Origin: Candidatus Bathyarchaeota archaeon
GTDB lineage: Archaea; Thermoproteota; Bathyarchaeia; Bathyarchaeales; Bathycorpusculaceae
DNA length: 64,000 bases
Direction: 5' to 3'
Assembly (NCBI GenBank): GCA_963832745.1
Contig: CAWHVC010000003.1
Location: 512,001-576,000, forward strand
The position numbers and the translations under genes were made by a program. This document shows, piece by piece, positions 19,947-29,062 of the stretch; the first letter of the stretch is position 1; each line of letters begins with the position of its first letter. The notes beneath the pieces were generated by a model. The model did not search any database and had not been told where the DNA came from. It worked only from the letters and a program-made list of their open reading frames with translations.

Positions 19947-20058
19947 GAACAGTTCCAAGTTTATGGTTGACGCTTAAAGGCTTTTTCTGTTTAACCGTAA
20001 ATCTTTATATCCCGTGTCTTATTGACTTGATAGTCGCATGCAAAAGAGGTAACCTGTA

Positions 20059-20262
20059 ATGTCATGGTCAAACTGGATAAGCGTAATACTTGTCATTGTC
20101 GGCATAGGCTTGTTTCTGTATGGGGCAAACGTTTACGATGCAACCGTCGGCTGGACAGGTTTTTACCTTGGAATCGCCGGCATACTACTCTACATAAGTA
20201 CTTACGTTTATGTTTGGTATAAAAAAAATGAGTCAAAAGAGGCTCCTACTCAGAACCCATAA
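20059..20262 (+). CDS. small two-TM membrane protein
   Basis: Two hydrophobic helices; GAGGT SD; TATA-like at ~20003. Confidence 0.65.
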   Translation: MSWSNWISVILVIVGIGLFLYGANVYDATVGWTGFYLGIAGILLYISTYVYVWYKKNESKEAPTQNP

Positions 20263-21782
20263 AGCTCACTGTACTTGTTTTGCAGATACCGTAGGAACGG
20301 TTGTGGATCCAAGTTTTTGCCTGTTGCCTTCTTGATTAGGTCTTCTGGGTCGTAAAGGTCGCTTGGGCGATGGATGTTTTCTTTTAGCCAAGTGTTTAAT
20401 TCTTTTAGGTTACTTTGTGCAAGTTGGCTACGCCAGTTCGGCAGGGCTGCTGTTAAGGCTTCAGTTATTTGTCCACTGTAAATGTTGCCCAACGCGTAAC
20501 TGGGGAAGTACCCGTATAATCCGCTGCTCCAATGAGTATCCTGCATTACACCCTCAGAGTCATTCTCAATTTTTACTCCCATATATTTGGCGTATTTTTC
20601 ATTCCATGCCTGCGGAAGCTCATCTATACTGACTTTGCCTGCAAACAAGTCCCGTTCTAACTCGTAACGGATAATAATGTGCAGGTTATAGGTCACCTCA
20701 TCAGATTCGATGCGAATCTTGGAACGTTCAACACGGTTAACGGCGTGAATAAAATTGTCCAAGCTTATGTCTGATAGGGCTGGAGCAATCTTTTGGATTT
20801 TAGGCAGAAAACCAGTCCAAAACTCTTTGGAGCGTCCCACGATGTTTTCGTAAAGCCTTGATTGAGACTCGTGAATGCCATAAGAGCAGGTGCCTCCGAC
20901 GGCTTGGTATATCCATTCTGGATTCACGTTTAACTCGTAAAGCGCATGACCTGACTCGTGAAGGACCGAGAAAATTGAGTTTGCATAATCATTAACATAG
21001 TAATGAGTTGTTATACGCACATCTTGGTAGCTTCCAGAGGTGAAAGGATGCTCGGTTTCATCAATTCTTCCACTTGCAGTTGTTGAAGTTGTATCGTAGC
21101 CAAGCGTTTGAGTTATTAACTGAGAAATCTGCCGTTGCGTTTCCACTGCTACTGGCTGATGCAGAACCGTTGTGTCTGGATGTTTGCCTGACTCTTGGAT
21201 TTTGTCCAAAAGCGGACGCAGCCCTGCCTGTAGTTTGTCGAAGGTTTCAGTGATTTTCTGCGTGGTCATTTTGGGTTCAAACTGGTCAATCAATGCTTCA
21301 TACGGCGTTTTGGTTTGCTTTACTTTCATTAGAATTTCAGCAGCTTGCATGTTTAAGTCAAACAGTTTCTGCAGTTCAGGCTTAAGCAGACTGTAATCCT
21401 TTTTTGCTTTGGCTTTCTTCCAAGTGTTTACAGTGATTGTTTCTTGCCTTGCCAGTTCCGCAACCAGCTTCTCAGGAAGGCTTGTCTGTTCAAGATAGCT
21501 TTTGTTAATCAGGTAAACGTTACGTTTCTCAACTTCCCCAAAATCGTAGTAGGATGGGTTTGTTTGGATTTGTTGTAAGAGTTTGCCGATTTCTGGGTTT
21601 GTGCTCATTTGATGTCCAATGCGGCTGAGCAGTTCCAGTTGCAGACTGCGTTGTTCTACCGCATTTGGCGGCATCATCGTTTCCATGTCCCAATGGATTA
21701 AGCCTTGAGCGGTTCCCAGAACTATGGTGTCTTTAGTTTTTTCTAAAAGTTGGTTGTAAATGGGTTTGATGCTGTTTTGCAA
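20250..21782 (-). CDS. carboxypeptidase M32 (Taq-type)
   Basis: WDMET, HPF, DVRITT, HESGH, HESQ, IRIESDE, GVMQDTHW, YFPSY. Confidence 0.96.
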   Translation of the reverse strand: MQNSIKPIYNQLLEKTKDTIVLGTAQGLIHWDMETMMPPNAVEQRSLQLELLSRIGHQMSTNPEIGKLLQQIQTNPSYYDFGEVEKRNVYLINKSYLEQTSLPEKLVAELARQETITVNTWKKAKAKKDYSLLKPELQKLFDLNMQAAEILMKVKQTKTPYEALIDQFEPKMTTQKITETFDKLQAGLRPLLDKIQESGKHPDTTVLHQPVAVETQRQISQLITQTLGYDTTSTTASGRIDETEHPFTSGSYQDVRITTHYYVNDYANSIFSVLHESGHALYELNVNPEWIYQAVGGTCSYGIHESQSRLYENIVGRSKEFWTGFLPKIQKIAPALSDISLDNFIHAVNRVERSKIRIESDEVTYNLHIIIRYELERDLFAGKVSIDELPQAWNEKYAKYMGVKIENDSEGVMQDTHWSSGLYGYFPSYALGNIYSGQITEALTAALPNWRSQLAQSNLKELNTWLKENIHRPSDLYDPEDLIKKATGKNLDPQPFLRYLQNKYSELYGF

Positions 21783-21845
21783 AGTTTTTCCTCTATTGGT
21801 TTGTGTGTGGGGTTTGTATTTACTGTTTTGATGCAGCCCAAAACA

Positions 21846-21906
21846 AGTAACCCGCCTATTTGGAGCCTTTAGCAGTTAATTGCAGGAACCTATAGGCGAT
21901 AGGTCA
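21846..21906 (+). repeat. dispersed element, copy B
   Basis: CCTATTTGGAGCCTTTAG...GGAACCTATAGGCGATAGGTCA. Confidence 0.7.
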
Positions 21907-22023
21907 TTATTGACAAATTTTTAAGCCATTACTTGTTGATTTTTGCTTAGTTAGCCCTAAACTGTCTACAAAGGTTTTTATCTTAAACTCTAATACACGG
22001 TTTCTTAGAGGAATACAATCAAA

Positions 22024-22695
22024 ATGAGTAATAGTACCTTCGAATCAAGCAAACTCTTAGCTGCAATCGGCTCAATAATGCTGTTCTTAGCCTTTATTCC
22101 AAGTGTTGGACCTATAATAGGCATCGTCGGCATAATTCTTGTTCTAATCGGCATGAAAGGATTAGCTGAACACTACAGAGACGACAGTATCTACCGAAAC
22201 GCATTCACAGGCGTAATATTCGGCATCGTCGGCTTAATCGCTCTGGCCGTCGGTGGATTCAGTCTAGGAGCCATATTCAGTTTAGGTGTGGCGGGCATCA
22301 TCGGCGGAATACTAGGTTTACTGTTGCTTCTGGTAGTAGTTTTCGTCTTTATCCTGTTAATGGCAATAAACTTTAGAAAAGCACTTTTCGCGTTAGCAGA
22401 CCGTTCAGGTGAACATCTATTCCATACAGCAGGAACATTACTGTTCATCGGTGCAGCATTAACAATAGTGTTCTTCATCGGCTTAATCTTAGTATTCATC
22501 GCTTGGATAATCGCAACAATCGCATTCTTCTCAATTAAAACTAATGTACCATCATACAGTTACACTCCACCGCCAACATCACAGCCTCCCCCAACAGCAC
22601 CAACCGCAAGCACAGGAGCTCAATACTGCCCACACTGCGGCGCACCAGTCCAACAAGGCGCAACATTCTGCTCACACTGCGGTAAACAGATATAG
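22024..22695 (+). CDS. DUF996-like membrane protein with C-terminal zinc ribbon
   Basis: Multiple TM helices, Pro/Thr linker, CPHCG...FCSHCG. Confidence 0.8.
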   Translation: MSNSTFESSKLLAAIGSIMLFLAFIPSVGPIIGIVGIILVLIGMKGLAEHYRDDSIYRNAFTGVIFGIVGLIALAVGGFSLGAIFSLGVAGIIGGILGLLLLLVVVFVFILLMAINFRKALFALADRSGEHLFHTAGTLLFIGAALTIVFFIGLILVFIAWIIATIAFFSIKTNVPSYSYTPPPTSQPPPTAPTASTGAQYCPHCGAPVQQGATFCSHCGKQI

Positions 22696-22828
22696 ACCAA
22701 AAAAACCCAAAAAAAACTATCTTCAATTTTTTATCCTAAACACTTGAGCGGATGCGCTTGTTGTCACATTAAAGCAACAACATACCTTTAGAAAACCCTC
22801 AAGAGGAATTTTATTTAAGGTTGGTTTT

Positions 22829-23035
22829 ATGAGTGAATACAAACCACCATACGGCACACAAGTCAATACCCGAAACGTGAATTTACCTCAAGTTCCAGCG
22901 CCACCTGAAGAACCCCTGCGTGGAATTGAACCAGGAAAACTTATTTGCACAATATGCGGAAAAACATTCAAAACAGCAAACGGGCTTAAACGGCACCGGG
23001 AAAACATGCATGGCACACCAGAACGGCCCATATAG
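22829..23035 (+). CDS. small C2H2 zinc-finger protein
   Basis: CTICGKTFKTANGLKRHRENMH. Confidence 0.75.
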   Translation: MSEYKPPYGTQVNTRNVNLPQVPAPPEEPLRGIEPGKLICTICGKTFKTANGLKRHRENMHGTPERPI

Positions 23036-23040
23036 CATTT

Positions 23041-24102
23041 TTACCCGATTAGCCTGTTAAGGTACGGAATTTTTCTTAACGGGTAAAGCACCAGCAAACA
23101 AATCACCAAAGTAACCATGGTAAGGAGCGGGATTTCGATGATAGGGTTTAGTGTTGCCAAGCTTATTCTAAAGCCAAATAGGTACCCGTTTTCCAATGTT
23201 TCCAAAACCATGAAGTGAAACAGGTAAATCGCCAACGAACTTATGCTAATATAGTGAATTAAGCGGTCAAGCATGGGGAATCTGCATTTGATTTTGTTGT
23301 ACTGAACCGAAGATAGCAGCAGAAATAGTGCCACTGAGGATAAGATGACCCCTAAACTGAAGTAGTCGTAAAAGAAGAACTGGATGCTGCCTCCAACTGT
23401 GGCTGTTATCCAATACGTGCCCAACGTTGTCCAAGCAAACCCCACTAAAACTGCCAACAACAAAAACTTCCTGTTTACAGATGTGTTTAACAGGTAAAGT
23501 CCAAGCAGAAAATACCCAATATACCCAGTTATTAAAAACAGGCTATTATTCAAATTATGAGCTACTAAAAGGTTCAGAAGTGGCACAATTGATACTCCGA
23601 TTAACCATAAAACAAAAAAGTACCTCATCAAAAGTCTACTGGCGTGAGCAACAAAAATGCGTACCAATGGCGTAACCAAGTACAAGCCAATTAACATGTA
23701 AAAGAACCAAAAATGAATATATGGGCCATTAAAAACCCCTTCAACAAACGTTTGAACTGTTAAGGTTTCATGGTTAACAAATACGTCCCAAGCAAAATAG
23801 AGCCCCATCCAAAACAAAAAAGGCAAAGCAATTCGGCTAACCCGTTTCCTAAAAAAAACTCCAAGGGGCTCGTCAACTTTAGATGGCGAAAGTAGCAGGG
23901 CACCACTTAACATGACAAACAACGGTACACACGGTCTTGCAAAGGAGTCGTAAAGGTTTACGCTCCACCATTGAACAAGCACCGCTGAAGAATCCGGCGT
24001 TACAATTGCCGGAATAGGCTCTATAGAGGCATGAAGTAAAACAACCAACACTATGGCAAACGTTCGAATCAAGTCAACGGGCAGTTGCCTGCTTTCGGGC
24101 AA
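23041..24102 (-). CDS. acyltransferase family 3 (WecH/YiaH-like membrane O-acyltransferase)
   Basis: DLIRTFAIVLVVLLH, VPLFVMLSG, RVSRI, HFWFFY, SLAIYLFH. Confidence 0.88.
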   Translation of the reverse strand: MPESRQLPVDLIRTFAIVLVVLLHASIEPIPAIVTPDSSAVLVQWWSVNLYDSFARPCVPLFVMLSGALLLSPSKVDEPLGVFFRKRVSRIALPFLFWMGLYFAWDVFVNHETLTVQTFVEGVFNGPYIHFWFFYMLIGLYLVTPLVRIFVAHASRLLMRYFFVLWLIGVSIVPLLNLLVAHNLNNSLFLITGYIGYFLLGLYLLNTSVNRKFLLLAVLVGFAWTTLGTYWITATVGGSIQFFFYDYFSLGVILSSVALFLLLSSVQYNKIKCRFPMLDRLIHYISISSLAIYLFHFMVLETLENGYLFGFRISLATLNPIIEIPLLTMVTLVICLLVLYPLRKIPYLNRLIG

Positions 24103-24336
24103 GGAACTTGTTGAAGCTTCTCCGTCTTTGGGCAGTTGGCTGCCGCCAATTTGTGAGTCCGCGTTTAACCCCCAGTAATCCCAAAAACGTTAAGTATAAA
24201 ATGTTAATAAGTCTTTAAAAAACATCAACAACAAAGTATAAACTACGACTAAAACTGGCTGAATTTAATATATAGAATTAATCCGTAACAGATTAAAGTT
24301 ACCAAGACAACATGCCTAACTTATAACAACTGGGTT

Positions 24337-26028
24337 TTGGTTGACTTGGATGATTTAGAGGGACTACTAAACGGGCAAAAAATAGCTTACTTCTCAATGG
24401 AAATCGGTGTAGCAAGCGAAATTCCCACATACTCAGGAGGCCTTGGGGTTCTTGCAGGCGATACTTTGCGTTCAAGCGCTGATCTTAGGATTCCAATTGT
24501 CGCAGTAACTTTGCTTAGTAAGAAAGGGTTTTTCCGTCAAGAATTAACCTCTGAAGGAAAACAAATTGAATACCGCCAAGATTGGGAACCATCCAAATAC
24601 ATGAAAGTGTTGGATCAAGAGGTAACGGTGCTAATACAGGGTAGAACAGTCAAAATCCAAGCATGGCTCTATGAAATAAAGAGCTTAATCGGCGGAATAG
24701 TTCCAGTATTATTCCTTGACACAGATGTTGAAGGAAATGCGCCTGAGGACCAAGAAATCACCTCCTACCTATATGGGGGTGACCAAAAATATCGGGTTAA
24801 GCAGGAAATCGTGTTAGGCATCGGCGGTGTAAGGATGCTGGATGCTTTGGGGTTTAATGTACGTAAATATCACATTAATGAGGGTCACGCAAGCTTTTTG
24901 GCGCTTGAACTCTTGCAAAAGAACGGTATAAGTCCAGAAAAAGTGCGTGAACTATGCGTTTTTACAACTCATACTCCTGTTGAGTCAGGACATGACAAAT
25001 TCAGTTACGATTTAGTAAAAGAGGTTCTTGATGGCACAACAGACATGAATGTGCTAAAAACATACGGTGGAACCGACGCGTTAAACATGACGCTGTTGGC
25101 GTTGAATCTGAGCAAATATGTTAATGGTGTAGCTAAACAGCATCAACGTGTATCTGAGAAAATGTTTGGAGGCGGCTACAAAATTCACGCAATCACCAAC
25201 GGCATACACTCCTTCACTTGGACTGGTTATAGCTTCAGAAAACTTTACGACCAATACCTGCCTGGATGGGCAAATGAGCCTGAACTTCTTGCACGCATCG
25301 CCGACGGTATACCTAACGAGGAAATCTGGCGTGCACACAAAGAGCAAAAAAAGCTTCTCATCGATTACGTTAACAATTTAACCAAGGCTGACTTGGACTA
25401 TGATGTGTTCACGATTGGTTTTGCACGCCGTGCTACAGAATACAAACGTGCTTACCTTCTGTTTTCGGACCTTGAACGCCTAAGAGGCATCGGCAAAAAG
25501 CACAAAATTCAACTCATATTCGCCGGAAAGGCACATCCTAAAGACATTCAAGGCAAAAAATTAATCGAGCAACTCTTTAACTATGCAAACCAGCTAAAAC
25601 CTGACATAAAAATGGTTTACCTGCCTAACTATGATATTGACATGGCTAAAAAAATGTTGGGCGGTGTTGACGTTTGGCTTAACACGCCTCTTAAACCTCT
25701 TGAGGCTTCAGGAACCAGTGGAATGAAGGCAGCCCACAATGGCGTACTTAACTTTAGCGTCTTGGATGGTTGGTGGATTGAAGGTTGGATTGAATGCGTT
25801 ACAGGCTGGTGTATTGGTTCTTTGCCAGACGAATGCTTGGAAACGCCTGATTGCATAACAAAAGAAGTTGCTGACATTTACAACAAACTTGAATACGTAA
25901 TACTTCCCACATATTACGAGCGGCTTGATGATTGGACAAGAATGATGAAGAACTCAGTTGGTAAAATCGCTTATTACTTTAATAGCCATAGAATGATGCG
26001 TAGATACGTAACAGAAGCTTACCTGTAA
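24337..26028 (+). CDS. glgP: alpha-glucan (glycogen/maltodextrin) phosphorylase, short form
   Basis: YFSME, YSGGLGVLAGD, HINEGH, FTTHTP, ARRATEYKR, PLP-lysine motif EASGTSGMKAAHNG. Confidence 0.95.
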   Translation: MVDLDDLEGLLNGQKIAYFSMEIGVASEIPTYSGGLGVLAGDTLRSSADLRIPIVAVTLLSKKGFFRQELTSEGKQIEYRQDWEPSKYMKVLDQEVTVLIQGRTVKIQAWLYEIKSLIGGIVPVLFLDTDVEGNAPEDQEITSYLYGGDQKYRVKQEIVLGIGGVRMLDALGFNVRKYHINEGHASFLALELLQKNGISPEKVRELCVFTTHTPVESGHDKFSYDLVKEVLDGTTDMNVLKTYGGTDALNMTLLALNLSKYVNGVAKQHQRVSEKMFGGGYKIHAITNGIHSFTWTGYSFRKLYDQYLPGWANEPELLARIADGIPNEEIWRAHKEQKKLLIDYVNNLTKADLDYDVFTIGFARRATEYKRAYLLFSDLERLRGIGKKHKIQLIFAGKAHPKDIQGKKLIEQLFNYANQLKPDIKMVYLPNYDIDMAKKMLGGVDVWLNTPLKPLEASGTSGMKAAHNGVLNFSVLDGWWIEGWIECVTGWCIGSLPDECLETPDCITKEVADIYNKLEYVILPTYYERLDDWTRMMKNSVGKIAYYFNSHRMMRRYVTEAYL

Positions 26029-26145
26029 GTGCTAGTTTGTTTGTTGTACATTAAAACAGGCATTGACTTTTGGTTTTTTGCTGTTTTTTCTTTAATTTGG
26101 CTGCTTTTTGTAAGGGGTACTAGCGTTTTTTACCGAAACGGTTAA

Positions 26146-27267
26146 ATGCTGACTTGCTGCTTGGCTCCCGAAAACGCTGGTAATATGATGACTTCAGATA
26201 CGCTACAGGTTGGCGGTGGCAAGCCACAGTCACATTCCATCTCAGAATTAAGCATACTCAAAATCCTATCCTTAATCCTGCTTATCTTTGTCCACAGCGA
26301 CCTAATCATTGCATACCCCAAAGTCATGTACCCCATCCAATGGTTCCTGCTAAGCGTGTTTTTCTTCATCGGCGGCTATCTTGCATACTCTTCATTTCAA
26401 AAACGTGGAAAAAGCCTAAAAACATTCTTCAAAAACAAAGCCTTAACACTGTACATTCCATTCGTTGTAGCAGTAGTATTCTACCTGACCTTGGAAGTGG
26501 CAATGGGTGTACAACTAAATCCTCTAAATGTGTTTTCTCAAATATCAATGCTAAACGTTTTTGACAAAATAAATTCCGTTAACAATTGGGGAACATTATG
26601 GTTCATTCCGTTTCTATTACTATTCATGGGTATCACCTGTATACTTGAACGATACGTTAAAAGCACAAAACGGCAACTCTTCACAATCTCCACACTATTA
26701 GCATTCACTGCTATTTTTTGGCTCTATGAAACCCCATTAAAACTTGACTCACTCTTCAGCCAATACCTGCTAGTCTTTGTTTTTGGCTTCTATGTAAGTA
26801 AATTCGGCTTATACGAAAAAATTATTAACCCAAAAATGGCTTTTGTCGCCGTCCCGCTGGTTGCTTTTTTTGCTTTTGACTTTTCAGGTTTCTTTAACTA
26901 TAACAGCATTCTTAACGCTCTACAAGCACAGATTTACTTCAACTGCCGCAGCGTGCTGTTAACAATGGGCCTAGTAGTTTTAGCCTTGGTGGTTTTAAGA
27001 AAAATAAAAATGCCCGTACGCGGACTTGGAAAACAAATAGCAGACCATAGTGCACTCATCTACCTTTATGAGCCCTTCATTAGTTTCATAATTCTAAACT
27101 ATGGGTTCGGTCAAAGCGAGGCTTTCTTCGCAAGCGGCATAATGTTTTATTTTTACCAAGCAACAAGAATCACTGTTCTGCTTGTAATTATCCCGTTTGG
27201 GTTCCTTGTTTGGAATAACCGCAAGAACCTGCCGAACCTAAGTATCCTCCTAAAAGGCAAGTTTTAA
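26146..27267 (+). CDS. acyltransferase family 3-like membrane protein
   Basis: LKILSLILLIFVH, FFFIGGY, LWFIP, SALIYLYE; many TM helices. Confidence 0.65.
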   Translation: MLTCCLAPENAGNMMTSDTLQVGGGKPQSHSISELSILKILSLILLIFVHSDLIIAYPKVMYPIQWFLLSVFFFIGGYLAYSSFQKRGKSLKTFFKNKALTLYIPFVVAVVFYLTLEVAMGVQLNPLNVFSQISMLNVFDKINSVNNWGTLWFIPFLLLFMGITCILERYVKSTKRQLFTISTLLAFTAIFWLYETPLKLDSLFSQYLLVFVFGFYVSKFGLYEKIINPKMAFVAVPLVAFFAFDFSGFFNYNSILNALQAQIYFNCRSVLLTMGLVVLALVVLRKIKMPVRGLGKQIADHSALIYLYEPFISFIILNYGFGQSEAFFASGIMFYFYQATRITVLLVIIPFGFLVWNNRKNLPNLSILLKGKF

Positions 27268-27294
27268 TACAGATTTTTTAGTAGCAGCGTCAGA

Positions 27295-28275
27295 TTGTTA
27301 AGGCAGGACAATCTGGCAAATAGAGTGATAACTGCTTTGAAGTACCGTTATCTTGTAGCTGTCGTCGTCTTTATCTTACTGATAGCGGTAAGTCTGTTCA
27401 TTTTTTTAGGCCCCCCCGAGCTTGAAGAGAAAGCGTTGCTTCCAGAAATCACCCCCTATACCAAACGAACTGCAATTCCCTACGAGAATGATTCAAACTC
27501 TTATCACCAGTTAGACGTATATCTTCCTGAAGGTGAGGGTCCTTTTCCAGCATTAATTTATGTTCACGGAGGCGGATGGGTGCAAGGCAACCGTACTGAC
27601 TTTAACAAAATAGCTGCACTTTATGCTAAGCGTGGCATAGCAGGCTTTTCAATAGACTACACACTATCTACCGAAAACAATACCGCTTGGCCGCAAGACA
27701 TTAACGATGTCATAGCTGCTTTAGAGTTTGTCAGGAAAAACGCTGACTTTTACCATGTTAACGCCGAAAAAATTGCGTTAATGGGTAGCAGTGCAGGTGC
27801 ACAGTTAGTTTCGCTTGTTGGAACACTTAGCGGCAACGAATCCTTCATTTCAACGCCAACGCAGGAGCCCCTTAAGAGTCAAGTCTGCTTAGTAATCAAC
27901 TATGACGGAGCCACGGATTTGGAGTATATTGGTGAAAACTTTAGTCCTTACTTGATTTACAATATAGTTACAAGCGGTTTTGGTAACATATCCTACTCCG
28001 AGAACCCAGCTTTGTGGCGGCAAGCTTCGCCAGCAACCTACATCTCAAGTGATGAACCACCTTTCGTGTTTGTGCACGGTACCAAAGACGTGGTTGTGCC
28101 TATAGCTGTGGCTGAATCTTTTAACAATAAACTGCAAAACGCCGGTGTAGAAACCTACTTTATACGCGTAGATGGAGACCATGACGTATTAACTAGCGAT
28201 GAATTAAACCTGCAGGCACGTTATCAGCTTGACCCCTTGCTGTCTAAAGCATTTGACCTAAAAATCAGCGCTTAA
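27295..28275 (+). CDS. membrane-anchored alpha/beta hydrolase (esterase, HSL-like)
   Basis: N-terminal TM, HGGG oxyanion motif, GSSAG nucleophile, HGTKD and a late His. Confidence 0.9.
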   Translation: MLRQDNLANRVITALKYRYLVAVVVFILLIAVSLFIFLGPPELEEKALLPEITPYTKRTAIPYENDSNSYHQLDVYLPEGEGPFPALIYVHGGGWVQGNRTDFNKIAALYAKRGIAGFSIDYTLSTENNTAWPQDINDVIAALEFVRKNADFYHVNAEKIALMGSSAGAQLVSLVGTLSGNESFISTPTQEPLKSQVCLVINYDGATDLEYIGENFSPYLIYNIVTSGFGNISYSENPALWRQASPATYISSDEPPFVFVHGTKDVVVPIAVAESFNNKLQNAGVETYFIRVDGDHDVLTSDELNLQARYQLDPLLSKAFDLKISA

Positions 28276-28314
28276 ACCATAAGCTGGGTTTTTTAAAAAC
28301 TATTTTGGTTGGTT

Positions 28315-28392
28315 TGGTGCTCCGGCCGGGATTCGGACCCGGGTCTTCGGCTCGAAAGGCCGGAATACTTGACCGGACTATACTACCGGAGC
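28315..28392 (-). tRNA. tRNA-Glu (TTC), CCA encoded
   Basis: GCTCCGG acceptor stem, anticodon loop CTTTCGA, T-arm CCGGG-TCCGAAT-CCCGG. Confidence 0.92.
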
Positions 28393-28464
28393 GCTCTACA
28401 AATAGAAGCATCAAGCAAAATATAATTACCCATGAATAAACCTTACCCTTCCAAAATCAAGCTT

Positions 28465-28983
28465 TTAACTCTCAGGTTGTTGCTGCTTGGATTTTTTAGG
28501 CTTAAAGAGAAACGCTGTTATTTGCTCGATTAGCTTGGTTTGGCTTTGCAGGGTTTTTTCTAATTCGGCAACGCGTTTTTCGATGTCGTTTGAAATGATT
28601 TTTCCTTCAATACGGTTTGCGCTACGGAACATTAACAGCATCTTGAAGACTTCAGAAATGGCTTTTTGCTGTTCCTCGTTGGATGCCGGTTTTACTCCTG
28701 CACAAACCAGCAGTAAGTCAACATAGTGTTCCTTGATTTTAAGTTCTGCGCTTACTGATGGGTCTTTAGGAAACGCGATGCTTAGTGGGGTTTGTTTGCT
28801 AAGTTCACTAGCGGTGGGGAACCGGATGATGATGTCTCCTCTTATCCATGAAGTAACAAATTCATCAACAATTCTGCGAACGTCTTTATCGTTATAAAGT
28901 GCAGCTGACGGCTCAGACTTCTTCTTTATTCTGACACGAATTATTTTGTTTTCTTCGGGATTTGCTATGTTATTTTGCGCCAA
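28465..28983 (-). CDS. hypothetical protein with C-terminal coiled coil
   Basis: 172-aa ORF; heptad segment IEKRVAELEKTLQSQTKLIEQI. Confidence 0.6.
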   Translation of the reverse strand: MAQNNIANPEENKIIRVRIKKKSEPSAALYNDKDVRRIVDEFVTSWIRGDIIIRFPTASELSKQTPLSIAFPKDPSVSAELKIKEHYVDLLLVCAGVKPASNEEQQKAISEVFKMLLMFRSANRIEGKIISNDIEKRVAELEKTLQSQTKLIEQITAFLFKPKKSKQQQPES

Positions 28984-29062
28984 TCTTTGCCCCTTCCACG
29001 CAAACTGTACGTTTAATTCATCTTAAGCATGACTAGTATATAAGAAAAGCATACAGAGAAAC

